This document shows, one piece after another, positions 62,866-64,000 of a DNA stretch of 64,000 bases; the stretch's first letter is position 1, and each line of letters opens with the position of its first letter. A program made the translations under genes and the position numbers. The stretch lies in IMG/VR virus record IMGVR_UViG_2513020035_000002; one strand, 5' to 3'. Below the pieces are notes generated by a model. The model did not search any database. It was not told the DNA's origin and worked only from the letters and a program-made list of their open reading frames with translations. The DNA comes from an uncultured virus (IMG/VR IMGVR_UViG_2513020035_000002) (lineage: Duplodnaviria; Heunggongvirae; Uroviricota; Caudoviricetes).

Positions 62866-63187
62866 TTTAGAAAACTATAGGACTCAATTGGGTAATGTGA
62901 AGTCTAAAGTTTTTACAGGGAGAGATAGAGGGTTAGATGTTCGTGAGAAAAGTCATATTGATGAACTTTTTAATGAATGTGAAAAAGTGAAATTTGTTAT
63001 TCCTAATGATATTTTTTCAATAACTCCTTCGTTCTTGGAAGAACTATTTTTTAATGTTGTTAAGGTGTATGGTAAAGAAAAATTATACGAGAAACTAGAC
63101 TTGGAAGGTAACATCTATGATTTGCATGAACCATTGAATGAAGCAATTGACAGAATTTTACAACGTAAAACAGGATTAGATAAATAA
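62846..63187 (+). CDS. STAS-like (DUF4325-type) protein
   Basis: FTGRDRG...SITPSFLEELF. Confidence 0.7.
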   Translation: MKTNIINLENYRTQLGNVKSKVFTGRDRGLDVREKSHIDELFNECEKVKFVIPNDIFSITPSFLEELFFNVVKVYGKEKLYEKLDLEGNIYDLHEPLNEAIDRILQRKTGLDK

Positions 63188-63191
63188 GGAA

Positions 63192-63767
63192 ATGATAGAT
63201 ACTTTACAAGTCATAACGAATTCATTAACTAATGAAAAAATGTTGATGGAATCTACGATGAATTTTTATGATATTCTTGATTATGCTTACAAAATAGCTA
63301 TGGTGGTCATAGCTATTTTTAATGCTTGTTTTGCAGTTTATATTTATAATTCAAATAGTAGAAAGAGTTCTAAAGATAAAGATGCTGATAGAAAGATTGC
63401 TTTATTAAAATCTTTGATATTGGATTATAATTTAAAATTTCTATATGATTCATTTGCTGATTTAGAAAAAGATTTATCTAAATTAAAAGAAAAAGGATGT
63501 GATAAATCAGCTGTTGAAAAGAGTATACAAACCGATTTTAGAAAATTGAATGAACGCTTTGTTAATTTTCTGGAGGCTATAGATGGGACATTATATCATT
63601 CTATGTTGGATGCTTGTGATCAATGTCGGGATAAGATTGTAAGTAACATAGGTGATGACGGAGTTAATTTATGGGTAGATGAAAAATATAAAGATTTAAT
63701 AATGAAGCCTTTGGATGATACAAAGAAAAAAATGTTAAGTCAACTTTTTAACTATAGAGGAGAGTAA
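63192..63767 (+). CDS. single-TM helical protein
   Basis: Hydrophobic IAMVVIAIFNACFAVYIY followed by a helical domain. Confidence 0.7.
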   Translation: MIDTLQVITNSLTNEKMLMESTMNFYDILDYAYKIAMVVIAIFNACFAVYIYNSNSRKSSKDKDADRKIALLKSLILDYNLKFLYDSFADLEKDLSKLKEKGCDKSAVEKSIQTDFRKLNERFVNFLEAIDGTLYHSMLDACDQCRDKIVSNIGDDGVNLWVDEKYKDLIMKPLDDTKKKMLSQLFNYRGE

Positions 63768-63832
63768 TTTTATACAGTTTATAATAATAAGCTGTCACTT
63801 TATTGGAAGGGATAGTTTTTATATTATGGTAA

Positions 63833-63862
63833 AAAAGAAGGGGTGCATCTACCCCTTCTTTT
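63833..63862. terminator. bidirectional terminator
   Basis: AAAAGAAGGGGT-gcatct-ACCCCTTCTTTT. Confidence 0.75.
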
Positions 63863-64000
63863 GTAATTCCTTCTTATCAACAACACACGAATCAACAAAC
63901 TCTCAAGAAGGGTTACATAAGATAGTACTAATATATAAGTGAAAAGTTCGATCGTGGATATAAAAAAAGTGAGGGGAACCACCCCCTCACCAAAGTCAAA

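Noticed and set aside
1..64000. Naming the phage or locating attL/attR
   Set aside because: Needs a database search and flanking sequence; no host genes or boundary integrase are recognisable.

Overview
The window is most of a temperate, long-tailed (siphovirus-like) phage or prophage of a Bacteroidales host, inferred from repeated TAnnTTTG -7 promoter elements and Bacteroides-type genes. Left to right it holds: accessory/immunity genes and a CI-like repressor; early genes; a ~1 kb non-coding region of atypical tRNA-like elements; recombination/replication genes (Sak, exonuclease, SSB, NinB, helicase, NinG, initiator, ParB); candidate DNA-modification genes; an internal tyrosine recombinase and an adenine MTase; an AbiH moron; packaging, head and tail genes with an ECF-like sigma factor; a complete diversity-generating retroelement (DGR); a lysis cassette; and an AT-rich GHKL-kinase/STAS/membrane-protein trio. 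The most unusual signals are (i) tRNA mimics lacking a normal anticodon loop, interleaved with GUGA-tetraloop hairpins, (ii) the GHKL-STAS-TM moron, and (iii) two families of precisely spaced phage promoters. Short N runs break many ORFs, so several gene boundaries are reconstructed. All family calls come from motif recognition by eye, with no database search.
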